In this document: piece after piece, positions 16,011 through 31,212 of the stretch
How positions within the stretch are numbered: position 1 is the stretch's first letter
Layout of the letters: each line of letters starts with the position of its first letter
Assembly (NCBI RefSeq): GCF_009914755.1
Contig: NC_060926.1
Source of the DNA: the human T2T-CHM13v2.0 reference genome, Homo sapiens
Strand: one strand, 5' to 3'
DNA length: 64,000 bases
Program-made: the position numbers and the translations under genes
The notes under the pieces: generated by a model
The model's database searches: none
Seen by the model: only the letters and a program-made list of their open reading frames with translations
Told to the model about the DNA's origin: nothing

Positions 16011-19000
16011 TACCTATTTCCATCAGGGTCCGGGTCAAATGAAATCTCCAATCCAAAGTCACCTACAGACCCCACTAACCACTGTCCCCTGAGCAATTAA
16101 AACATAGCTATTATTTCTTTCCCTCTGGGATTGTCCTCCTTCTATTTTACTGCAGAATCCAGGCTTTTCTCTCATCCATGTTCTTATTTGCTCCTTCTAC
16201 CTGGGGATAATATCCTTAACTCTATTTAATGAACATTCCCAGCTTTGAATTATACATTTTTAGCAAATATGGTCTTTTCTCTCAATGTTCTCAGGAGATG
16301 TGTTTAATACCAAAGAATATGGTTAGATTGTGCAATATTTTTTTCCTACCTTAGAAACTGCTCATTTGAAAATGGAAATTCGACATTTCATCCAGTCATC
16401 AAGCTCTCTCTGTTAAGAGAATAAGTCCACTCCCTTACTTATTAGACAAAAAGAGAGTTAATGTCTATAACTAATAATGGCACATTCTGATATTCCAGCT
16501 CATCAGGTTCCTATTACAAATAATTATTTTATTAAAGACTTGCAGCTGTTTAAACTAAACAAATAATTGGAACAAAATGCCTAATTTACTAGTTAAAAGG
16601 ATTGATTATTTGAATCTGAACATAAACAGGAGTATTATCTTGAATATAGTTGACGATTTGCAAATGCTCACTAAACTTTTATGTAATAGTAGTAAAGTCT
16701 CTTTTGTCTCAGGAAACATTTGTTTATCACAAATGGTTAGTTTTCAATGTCATTAATATTTAGAACAGTGGACATGAAATAGTTATATGATGAGGATATT
16801 ATAAAGTTTTTAAAAGTTGAGCTGTACTAAAGAACAGAAAGACTTTAATACAGAACTAACTCCTTTTATGCCTAGTTGTCAATCAAAATGTTGATTCTAA
16901 CTATTCTCTTTTTTAGAGAAGAACATATGTTTTTGGTACAGCTTGGAAAATAATATTGCCCCTTCCTTTGGATAACCATATATGGCAAAGGTGTTTCATT
17001 GTCCAGAGACTCACTATGCTTTTATATCTCACAGATATAGAATCCCAATGAATCTCCATATTCAGTTCAAGACCCCATTGTTTAATTTAAAATTAATTTT
17101 TATATGACAGAAAGGAGAATGAATAGGAATCTTGAGAGGCAGAATAGTAGTGGCCAATATAAGAGAAAACTCTCATCTGGCATGGGATGTTAGTTGCCCT
17201 AAATGTGAAAATATAGCAATTAATCAAATCAATGTTTTTTGATATTAAATGAAAAAAGTAAACCAAATTCTGACCTTAGTTAACCTATGCATAAATGTAG
17301 GAATGTCATAGGGAAACGAGAGAACCAGTAGGAAGGCTGGAATACAAAGCGGTGTCCAGAGCCAAACACAGATTGCATAGCACTTGGCCATTGTCCAGAT
17401 GGACGCTCACAGCTATCACCACTGGGGCTGCGAATATTTGAACTTTGCCAACACAGCTGGATACTCATTGCCTGCCACCAGACTCTCCTCTCTTGCCACC
17501 ACCATAAAATAAAATCCCCACTGGCCCTGCTCCAAATTATCCTCAGTTGAAACATGTTCACTACAGATTTCTACATTTCGAAGCTTGAGTTTCACCTGTT
17601 GAAGGTTAAATAAAATTTTAATACACCAAATGAATTATAAATCATTCCTATGGACTATTGTGAATTTTTAAATAAATATCACAGTTACAAATACTGTTCA
17701 GTGTGAATGTGTGTGTGTTTGCTTTTTTGGTTCTTTAAGGAATTTCCCAACTCTAGCCTGAAGACGATCTGGTAGAAAAGCGATATGTACTTGGAGTGTA
17801 TGTTTCAGTAGAGAACCCAACCAAGATAATACAGTAAAGAAAGCAGTCAATAATTATGTAAGTAAAAACTTAAAAATCTTAATAATGGTCAGTGGAACTG
17901 GGAAGAAGATGGCTCTTTAAATGTGTGAATTGTCTTTAAATGTGTAAGTACATATATAATTACACGTAAATATAAAAGTAGATCACATATAAAGAGCAGT
18001 TGATATACAGAAAGACTTAAAAAGGAAACAAGTATTATTTTAGAGCAGTAATTTTGGAGTAATAAGTTATTCATATCAATAAAACATGTATTCTGTGTTA
18101 TTTTTTTCAGTAATGATGAACAGTTTGGGCTAATATTTTTCTGTGTTTGTCAGTAATGTGAATGACTACTTTGCTTAATTGGGCAATAGTTTTGAATACT
18201 GGAAAAATATCCCTTCCATTTTAAATATTCTATTTACATTGTAAAATCTACAGAACTTACACATTTTTAAGTTTAGACTGCATTATTAACATTTTAACCC
18301 CATATATATATATAAATATCTTGATGAACTTACAAACAATATATATGTAAACTATAAATGTACAGTTTACACATGCATTTTTACCTCATCTTCCACCAAA
18401 TAAATTCTAAGAAAATAAATAAATATGGTGATAGTATACAGATATTATTTTATACATTTGTATACAAATGCAAAATATTGTTTTTTAATAACTAGGTGAC
18501 TTACCACTTTATTAAAATTATTAAGTAGTAAAAAAGGAAAATAAGTGACTAAAATAAATATATTATTGTGAATTTTTTCTGATCAGACCCTCTTTGAGAA
18601 TCTAATGAATATATAAATGTATATGCATTTTTAATTAAATATCTGGGGAATTCAATAATTTTAAAAATACACATACATGCACATATGCAGTCAATTTCTA
18701 TATGATGCAAACATTCATATATTTTGCTTAAAGGCAAAGACATGCTAAGTTTCTTTTTAATATCCATAATAAATTTACCCTTCACATAAATGAAAAACAC
18801 AATGTAAATAACTAATTCAATTTAAAACTTTCTATCTTTTCCCAGAAAATTAAACCAAAGTATCTAATCAGTCCAATGTGTTTAAATGTAGGAAACCTGA
18901 TTTAATTACTTGCTTTCTTTCTGTTTCAAAGTGTGGACTGGTGCAAGATGTGGCTCATTAAAAGTTGTGATATACCCTGCCAATAAAATCCAGCAGATTG

Positions 19001-21229
19001 TACATTAGAAACATGTAATTAAGCTAATATATGATACGTAAATTTACGAGTCCTATTTTGACCTTCTAATCAATAAGACACCAAAGATAAGACAAAGATT
19101 TGAAACCAAATGACATTTTCATAGTATACACATCTTATTTTAAAATGTTTAAGAAGCTTAAATCGTTGTATTCATATCACCATTAAATGATAACTCACAA
19201 TGGAAAATTTCCTCTTACACTGTGAATAGATGCATTCACAATGAAGCAATGATAACCTTAATAGCATGTCCAAAAATGCAAAATCATGCCTAAACTTGGC
19301 AAGTTATCATACAAGAGTAATAAAAATATGTTTCCTATTTCCTAGGCCACAATTTAAAACAATGACAAAAAGGTAGAAAGCTACTGTAATGTACAAATGT
19401 GTGGATTTTTAAACACCAATATTTGAACATCCTTCCAATTCAGGAGGACCCCTCCATCCATCAATCTAGAAAGATTTTGTAATCAATCTAGAAAGGTTTT
19501 CTGAAATAGGTGAAATGTTAGACACTATTTCAGGAAGGAGAAAGAGACTGAGAGAGGGAAAAAGAGACTGAGAGAGAGAGAAAGATAAAGATTCAGGGAC
19601 TCTGGTTGTGTTTACAGGAACATAACCCCAGGCATATGACATTGTTTTGGTATGGGAAAAATTCAAAATGAGAGTAGAGAAAAAGTGACAATAGGCTTCC
19701 TGGAAATAGGTTCAGAAAATTGTTTGGAAATAGAAAGCAAAGGGGAAGAAATACATATCATTTGGTAGCAGGACTTTGATCTTAAAATAAGAAGCTGGAA
19801 CTGAATGTATAGTGAAATGGGAAGCTAGAGATAAACTTCCAGGTGTTAGGGTGGTTGTAATATGTTAAAAATAACTCATGCTAGAATACTTTTGACAGTA
19901 GAAACGAGGGTATATTGAAGGGGCATGTTTAAAAAGAACAGTATTGAAAAACTATCTTGTGAAGTGATAGTAACAGAAATAGTTCTAGAGTAAATGACAT
20001 CTAAGACAGTGCTGAGGGTGACATGGGAAGAGAATCTAGGGGGAACCATAAAAAAAGCAACAAGATTTTACCACCAAATGTGTATGCCAATCAAAGTGAG
20101 ATGCATTGAAAATCACTTTCTGTCCTTCCTTGAGTTGTCAGCAAAACAACACTTTTTCATCTAATTAGTGGGATGTTCTACAAGTAGGAAAAAGATTGGA
20201 AAAATCATGAGAGGAATCTATCTTCATCATATGTGGCTGAAGTTAACATCAGACTACCCCATCACATTTGAAGGAGAGATGCTATACAAAACTGGACACA
20301 AAATGTGACTATGAAATGGAAGGGGTGAGATAAACTTTGTCCCTACATCAGCAGTCTTGAATTTTATGGATGTGATTTTATCACTCAGATTCAGGATATA
20401 TCCCTCCTCTTGCTGCTGCATTAAATGTAGTCTTTCTTCTCATAAAAAAGTAAGGGAAAAATCTCAAAGTTAAAATCAGAAGAATAAGATTCATAAGTAT
20501 TACTAAAACCTATTAGCTTGATCTAAAAGCCAAAGAAAGTGATTTCTTCCTTTTATTTGTAGTGATGTAATTCTGTCAAGTGCTAATGTTTTATTTTTAA
20601 ACCATTAAACTTAGTACATAAAATCTCTGAAAAAAGTTCACTGGACCTCTTGACTGAATATTTTATCTTGACTTTTTTGTATACAAACGTAGCCTTGGAT
20701 AGTATTCCCAGAAGCATTTACTGGTCTTGGTGATCAAAATTTCAAAAAGATTTAACAAATAGAGAAATAATTGGATTTTGTAACACTGAGAAGCCCTCAC
20801 TCTGAGTTAAAATAGATAAACAGATAGTAAGGTTGGGCAACAACTTCAAAGTTTAAAGTGAATATTTAAAAGAAAATGTATAGCTTTTCATTTGTATTTT
20901 TGTGTATAATTGGAATGGAAATTTTCATTTAGCAGTGTATAGAAGAAAAAAATCTAGAAAAATGCCAGGAATATATGGAAGGACCTAAAAAAGAAGTATT
21001 TTATAGTGATGTGTCAAGGAAACCCTTTTCTAAAATACTGAAATAAGTGTGACCTGAAGAATGAATAGGATCTTGCTAAGTAAACAGTGAGTGGGAAAAA
21101 ACCACTCTGGATAAACAGAACTATATGGGTAACAAATTAAAGAAAAGAAAAAAACCTGCAGGCTACCTGAGAAGTTAGAATCTTAATGTATGCAAATTTT
21201 AGAAAATATTTAGGAGGTCAAAGTATTGT

Positions 21230-23140
<1,911 letters not shown>

Positions 23141-25499
23141 TACATAAAAGAGAAAATTATACTCAAAGTATAAAATTGTATTCTCAAAAATTGGGAAAAA
23201 AATATGTACTTTGGACAAGATATTGCAATTGTACACATGGCATTGAGACTGTTTGTGAGATTTAAATACAGCCTAAAGCTAATTCCTTTAGCTGCAAATT
23301 CTTTCATCCTCCAAATATATGAGATATGATCCTCTTGAAGAGATGTGTCAGCAATTTCTCCTTCTTAAATAGGTTAGTCTCAAGCACAATGAATTTCTTT
23401 AGTTTTCCTCTGCTGCTAGTTCCCCTTGCCTTTCTAATGAAGATTTTGTTATTGCTTTCACCTGTGCAATTATTTTTCAAAACAATATGTTTCTCTATTA
23501 CAGATTCCAAATAATTAATCAGAAAAATACTCCCATTTCACTAAGAAAATACCACACACAATTTATTTGCTTTGTTTCATTACTAGCGTGAAGTATTTTC
23601 ACTTAAAACCAAAATAATTTATTTCTTGCTTAAAAAATAATGCTACAGGCCTCACCTGTCTTAACAGATACATATGAATGATAGATTATCTTATTCATGA
23701 ACAGATAGAAAAACAAATTTGTTTTGAGCTCTTAGTTTTAAAAGTATGCCCATCATGAAGGCCAAAAGATGGGGCAAATAATAAAAAGCTGTCCTTATGA
23801 CTAAATCCTGTTATGTATTTTTATATACATAATTAAAAACCAAATATAATTTTTGGCAATGAGTACTTTGATAAAGGTAAGAATTCCTGAATAATTGCTG
23901 ATTATTTGAATTGCACTGATCTTCTTTTTCTCTCTTTTTCACAATGTGAAGTTCTATACTAAAGAAAATAAGATGGTGAGTAAGTGAAACTTGGTGAAAA
24001 CCAACCCTCTAACATTTTGCTAAGAAAATGCAGATCAAAACATTTGGTAAACTTTGAAGTGGTATGCAAAAAGTAATGTATGATTGCATTTTTGTCCATC
24101 TGAAAATATGAGTTAGGAAGGTGGAAAACCAACAGAAGGGTAAAACTGCTAGGGACAGCAGCTTTTATAACACCAGAAATGAAACGGTCAGCTTTCATAA
24201 CACCAGAAATGAAATTAAATGAAAGTCCTCAAAAAAAGGATCAGAACACTTTTCCATCTTGTAGTTTCCACTTCTGGACTTTAAAGAAAAGCTCATCTTT
24301 TTCTTTTACAGTGACCTAGAAAGAATCAGCAGAGCCTTTGTAAATAACTCCTGCCTTAAACTTTTCATTCTACTACCTGAATCCTGCAGCACCTACCTCT
24401 ATTTTTGACTTCCACCTCCATTGATAAGATATAATCAAATTAGATTAGATTATCATACTTACCATTTTTCATTGTTGGATGCTCTCGTGGAGGCTGTGGT
24501 TGGGGAAAGGTTTCACAGTGAAGTATTATTTGTCCAATAAAGCATTATAGGCAGCTCCAGTTTTCTTTAAAAATAGACATAACTGCATAAAATACAGAAG
24601 TAGAAGAGAAACAGACAAAGTAAAATGACACTTAACATTATTTAAGGATGACTGAATATTTCATTTTAAATAAATGTCATTAAGAATTTTTATATTATTT
24701 TCAATTTTCTTGTCCTCTCCCCAATCTTTTTTCAAAGACTAGTAATGACATTAGCAGTAAGAACAAAAATAACAGTAATACCTTACATATATGTTATTTT
24801 ATAATAACTGCTTAAAATTGTATAATGCTATTAGAATTATATGATTCTAATCATATAAAAAGTCCAAACTTCTTATCCTTCCAAATCTTTCATTTTTTTA
24901 GGATTCTGTTGTATTCTGTACTTGACCTATCCCCAATTGCTTACAATTCTAGGAATATGGAAAGACTTTTTGCCTCTAATCCTTTGTGTATAGTCTTTCT
25001 CTAGTTCCCCTTTTTGTTAACTTTTATTTATCCTGCAAATCTTGGCTTTAAAACTCAACCCTTGGTGATCCCCAAGTTTGAATTTGATGATCTTCTTTTG
25101 TGCTGGCCTCAGAAAACCCATTATCAGTGTACATACAGTGTTGTGAAATTGCCTCTTATCTGTATTTATTATTATATAGAAGAACTTTGAGTGTAAGACA
25201 TACACACACACACAAACACACAAATATATATAGTCTCCAATGCATACCTATTGCCTCATCCCATGCCTGGCCTGCGTCACACATGGGAAGTGATCAACAT
25301 GTACATATGAATCAATGGATGGATTGATGGAGGGATAAAATAAGCATGGTATGCTATTTTTTTCAGAGGACTCAGTTGAGCTGCTTAGGCTTCATTGTTC
25401 AATTACACAAGTGTTCTTGAATATCTATTATGTGGCAGGAATAGTTCTGAGTGCTAGCCATATATCCATGAACATAGTGCTTGTTCCCTGAGTTTACAC

Positions 25500-25713
25500 C
25501 AAAATTTATCAGTGTTGTCACTACTGATATTTTGGGTGGGATAATTATTTGTAATGGGGAGGCTCTGTCCTGTGCATTAAAGAACACTTAGCAGCATCCC
25601 TGGTTTCTACTCATTAGATGACAATAGAATCTCAGTTTTGACTACAAAACATGTCTCCAGGCTTTACCAAATGTCCCCCAGGGTTCAAAAACATCCTTGG
25701 TTGAGAAGCATTG
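25500..25713 (-). mobile_element. MER20 (hAT-Charlie non-autonomous element)
   Basis: gatattttgggtgggataatt...ctgtcctgtgcatt...tagcagcatccctgg...aaatgtccccc...ggttgagaagcattg. Confidence 0.8.
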
Positions 25714-26968
25714 TGTTACAATGTATTGTGTGAAAGAGATGTTAAAGTTGTATTTATATTAAGTGTTGTGATGGAAGACGTAGAAGATGATGAAGGTATA
25801 TAGAGGAATGCATACGTGAATCATTGCAAGGACATAAGAAAAGCAACTCATTAAAGTGACAGGGAACACATAAGACATTTCTCCCGTCCACAAAAAGCAC
25901 ACAATCTAGCAGATATAGGAAGTGGACAAATAGACCATTACAATATAGTATAATGAAAATACCCTTAGAAGTATGCAAGAATGAGACAAACACAGAAGTA
26001 TCCCTAAGGAAGATTTTAGGACTCCAGAAAAAGTTACATGAATAAGTACGATGCATTACAAAAGGGCATGGATTATATTTATTAGCATTAAGTATTTATG
26101 GAGTTTGGAAGTTCAAAGAAGATGTGGAGGACATAACTTAAAAATATACAACTTGATTTCTGCTGTCAAAAAGTATAAAACAAAGTATGAAGGGCCCAAT
26201 ATTTATAAAACTATTAGAAAACAATAAAGTTCTAATTCTTGTGATGTAATACACAAAATTAGTACCTCCAAAAAGGAAGCAGTCAGTGTGGGCTGCAATA
26301 ATAGCAGCTTCATAGAGAAGATAGGAATTGAGAGGGGTTTTAGAAAGAGAAAGGCAAATGAGGATGATAGGCCCATCAAGGCAACAGGGAAGGAAGCATA
26401 AAAGGAAATCCTCCATGATAAGAATGAGCAGGAAGGTTGGAGCTGAGTCTGTGACACTGGGGCAATAGTGACAGTATAAAATATATAAGGACAGGTTTTG
26501 AAAGCAGAGAAGCAGTTGCAGTACACAAATTTAAACCATGCTGTTTTTTTTTTTTTTTTTACCAGTACACTGGCAGGTAAAAGTCTACTTGAATATAACT
26601 GCATAGTTAATATATAATATTAATGAGAGAAATAAAGAAACTGGAAGAAAGTTTCAGTAATCCAGGGTGAGATGGCAAGTCTAGTGACAATAGGTTGAAC
26701 AACAAAAAAAGGTGAAATCCAAATGTGTACAGTAAATATTTGCATTTTTTGTATATTAGTTATACTTTAATAAAGCTTTTGAAAAAGAATTGTAAATAAT
26801 AGCACTCAGCATCCAACGAATTGTTCTCTCTCCTTTGTTTCTTTGTCCAAAACTTCTGTAAGGTTTAGCTTTAAAGGAAATAATGACTACAGGAAATAAA
26901 ACAATTGGAAAAGTGAGGTGATGAAGGTAGAGGAAGATTGAATTAAAATAAAGAATCCTTGTCTGAAC

Positions 26969-27135
26969 CAGGGATTCTCAAATCTAACTGCATTTTTGGA
27001 AGTATGGGGAGAGTCTTAAAGTTAGTGATTCTCTTGGTCAAACCCAGAGAAGCTTATATATTGACCATCCCCACTGCTGGTATGTTATAAAACTTCCTGA
27101 TGACTCTAATATGCATCCAGGGCTGAGAATTACTT
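26969..27135. mobile_element. MER5-family hAT element
   Basis: cagggattctcaaa...gatgactctaatatgcatccagggctgagaattact with terminal-inverted-repeat-like ends. Confidence 0.6.
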
Positions 27136-28084
27136 GTCTGGACTCACCTGAGACTGTCTTCACCTGGAGTCCCTTGACACTCAAGCTTTTGTTAGGCACA
27201 CAGCTTTTCAGTAGATACTCATAAGGGGTGAGCACTGGCCCTACAACCTTTCCTCTTTTGAATTATGCACTAATTAATGATCTTCAAACCTCCTTTTTTT
27301 CATACATAAAATTAATATAACCATAAACTTCACAGTGAATTAATTCATTAGACTGGCAAAATCTACCAAGTATTTCTTGCTTCTGGTGATAGTTTTCACA
27401 ATTTTAGATGATATGAAATGTTTTGGAATAAAATTACAGTTTCTTCTAAGGAACCATGTTTGTCCTTTCCTTTCTGAATAAGAAAAACAAGAGTATAAGG
27501 AGAAAGAGAAAGAGGAAGAACTATTCTTTTTTCATCTCACCCTGTTGATACATATTCAATATTAAACAAGGGTTTCTTGAAAGAAAAATTAATGATTGCA
27601 TCAGGATATGTTCATGTCTATCCTTGTCCCTCTGCCTCTTCAAATAGTGCAACATATTTTCCTGATGAGTAAAACTTTCAGTGATGTTATCATATGACTG
27701 GAAAACAATACGAGAACAAGATCTCAACCAAAGCTCTGAAATTCATTATGGGAAATGTGCAAAAAACATCCTACTCAGAAATGCAGTACCAAACATAGAT
27801 GGCATTGTACTTAAATTAGAAATTCTCTCATGATACTTGGAATATACTTGTAATTATGCAAATTTACAAGGACATGTTTATTCACATTTTTCTGGAATGT
27901 TAAAAGTTGAAATTCATTTTGAACCAACCAATGGTAGGAGTGATTAATACTCACTAACCAATACTCTCCTTTGTCTTAAAGTGACTGGGTTGTGTTCGAA
28001 TCAAATGTTTTTGGTCAAATTCTCTTTTTATCTCCTCGGAAAAAAAAAAAACACACCACATTTTCAAAGACAAGGAAATGGTGT

Positions 28085-28615
28085 TTTTATAAAAATGCAA
28101 ATATGATTAGGTCATTGCCCTGTGTAAAACCATTCTGTGGCTTTCTATTGCTCTTGCTTTAAATTAGATTTATCTTAAACTAGCCTATAAGGCCCTTCTG
28201 ACCTCTCTTACTTCATCTTATGCCACTTTCCCCTTTGCTTTCTGTATTTTAGCTATGCTGCTCTTTTTTCACTTTCTCAGATGTCAAAGTCTGCTCCAGC
28301 CTCAGAACTTGAGACTGCCAGTCCCTCTCCTGGATTTCCCTGCACCCTCAGTTAACTTATCCTGTTTAGGGAAGACTTAGCTGACCTGACAGATTAGGGT
28401 AGGTACCTATATTGTCTACTGTCTGAGATCGTTCCTTAATGGTACATAAGTATGTACAATTGTATATTTTGTGTCATATTTGATTTGAGACTCTCACCCA
28501 CATTTGTGTTTAAGCGTCCTGATAACAGGGATCTCATGTGCTGATTATTATAGTCCTAATATTTAGCCCAGGGTCTGATACATGGCAAGCACAGAAATAA
28601 TAACTTGAGGGTTGG
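28085..28615 (+). mobile_element. L2 LINE 3' fragment
   Basis: L2-like taaaaatgcaaatatgat...aaaaccattctgtggctttctattgc...tagcccagggtctgatacatggcaagcacagaaataa; boundaries approximate. Confidence 0.55.
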
Positions 28616-30784
28616 ACAGGGTTGTAACAGTTGGGTGGGAGGTTTTTGTCTCTTAGACTCCAAATCCATAGCATAAAAGCAACAGTGATTACATTTAGCA
28701 TTTGTGATAGTTTGGGTATTACAAGCCTGAGGTTTCTACACATCAAGGGGGCCATGAAAGTAGTGGGGACTCTCAGGCTCCATTATTTGGAAAAGCCCAA
28801 GGGAAGGTATACTTGTCCTAAAAAACACTGCACACACACAATGATTACAATATCAAATCTTTTGGACTGTAACCAATGATAACATATCAGCACCCTTGAA
28901 GTCATGCTCATCAGAAGCCTTGATTGGCTCTGGTTTATGTCTGATTAATACCAAATGGGAAAAATGTAATCTAAGAAAAGCAGTTTAGAAGACAAAGTCC
29001 ATTATAACAAGATCAACTAAGGAGAAAAACAATAGAAGTCATCTGTGGAAATAACCAGGAGGTCCTGGCAATAAGAGAGTGGTAAGGACAGTAGCTCTTA
29101 AATCTCAGCTCTACCACTCCCAGCTATATAAATTTGGACACATTTTTAAAACTAAATAAGCTCCAGTTTCTGATCTGTAAAATGGGGACTAATAATATTC
29201 ACTTTATATATGTAAAGTGCCTGACACAGTGTCATGTCAGAGAGAAGGCACTATAATGTCTGGCTAATGTGGGTAACAATAGTAGAATTAATAACTATTG
29301 GATATATGCAGCCAAGAGTCTTTTTACTAAGATATCTTCAGGGATAGCTGTAAACTGCACTTTGTGTATGCATTAGTATCTCTTCTCATATGTTTAAACA
29401 GATAGCAAATATCGTTCAGTGAGGGAATTGTGACTCTTTTAATTGACTTTAGTAAGAATTAAATAATAACTGTGGATAAATTAATTTTTACCATTTTTCT
29501 TACATTCAAATTACTGTTGTCCTATGAATTTTTGTCTGTAAGGAAGCAAATCTAAGCAAATTTACATATTTCACAGACTTTTCTATTGAGCTTTTAAAAT
29601 TTGATAAAGTTGTAGGTGCCATTGGTCTGTCTGTTGTCTGATATGTAGCAAAAATTTTAATTACTGCTGGAAGTTACAAAATATTTTTCAATTTTATTTC
29701 ATAATTAGACAATAATGACATTTTCAAGTGAGTATATTTTCTATAACATTTTATGCATTTCAATTTATTTAGTAAGTGAAAAAAGTACAGAGATAAGTGT
29801 TAATTTATAAAAAGAAAGCTTTATTAAACTACCATCAGGAAAAGAAAAACTATTAAAATGGTTTTAGCATTCATATAAGGCAAAAATGATTCTCTTATTT
29901 CCTTGGTCAATGCACACATACATTTCTTTATGTTTGTGAAAAGAGGGCTTTCCATGTCTCACAGATCTATTAATATTCATTTAACCCTGTGTTCAATTAT
30001 CAGTTGTAATAAGGATTTTATTTTCAAGTTCTCAAAAGTGATGCCACGCATTTACAATGTTCACTATGGTAGGAATTATATGTTTCTAATAGATACACCA
30101 GTATGGATCTTAAGAATGGGCTTCAGCGTGTCCATGAATTATCTGAAAACTATATTCCAATTGTTGTGCATGTTTGTATTTTTATAAAGAGAATATTAGG
30201 ATTTTAAAGAGTCTCTTCCTCTGGTATTTTAAAGTAATTCTCATTTGAGACACTTGTAGCTGAGAAGACGACAAATTATTATGCACTTATGAATCTAACA
30301 CCCCAGAAGAGACTGACAAAAACTATAAGTAAATGAGTATATAAGTATGGCTTGTCTCATGAAAAAGCAGCTACATCTACTTTACACTCATTTATTCATT
30401 AAACATAGTTTAAGAATACAACATAGTAGACTCATGTCTACATGCTGGAGGTAAAGTTGTGAAGAAAAAAAGGGATGAAAATGCTACTCTCATGGAGCTA
30501 CCTTCTAGAAGTGGAGACAGGCAGTAAACAAAATTAATAAAGTAAATACATCATATATTAGGAATAGAGATTAGTGCTAAAGAGACAAATAAAACAGAAT
30601 ATCAGCCTAGAAACTGTTTGGGGTGGAAGTGAAGGGGTTACAACTTTAGACACAATGGCTAGGGAGGGTCTCACTGAGGCAAGGCTACCTGAAAAATGAA
30701 TTGAAGAAAGTGCTTTAAAGCAAATTATTAGATATCTGAAGAATAAATCAGACAGAGGTAAAGAAGTCAAAGGTGGTTACATGA

Positions 30785-31212
30785 ATATATTCAATTTCTA
30801 TTGCTGCCATGACAAATTACCAGAAATTTATCAGGTTTAAAAGTGACAGATGTGTTATCTTACAGTTCTGCATTTCAGAAGTCTATCAGCAGTCTCACTT
30901 GGCTACAATGAAGGTGTCAGCAGGGCCACATTCTTTCCTGAAGGCCCTAGGGGAAAATCCATTTCTTTGCATCTTTCCCCTGATTCTCAGAGGCAGTATA
31001 CATTACTTGGCTCATGGTCCTCTTCCTCCATCTTCAAATTCAGCAGTGAGTTTGCATATCTTCATGTCTTTCTTCTACTGTCACATTTCTTTGACCAGAG
31101 CCCAGAAAGGTTCTCTACTTTTAGAGACTCATGATTATGTTGCATAATCTAGGATATTCTCTTCATTTTAAGGTACTTACCTTAATCACATCTACAAAGG
31201 CCCTTTTGCCAT
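30785..31212 (-). mobile_element. MaLR LTR (MLT1D-like)
   Basis: tttctattgctgccatgacaaattacca...ttatcttacagttctg...aaggtgtcagcagggcc...ttaatcacatctacaaaggcccttttgcca. Confidence 0.75.

Noticed and set aside
17280-17561. 93-aa minus-strand ORF in a GC-richer unique patch
   Set aside because: No recognisable homology in the frames I translated; it may be a conserved non-coding element but I cannot support that from sequence alone.
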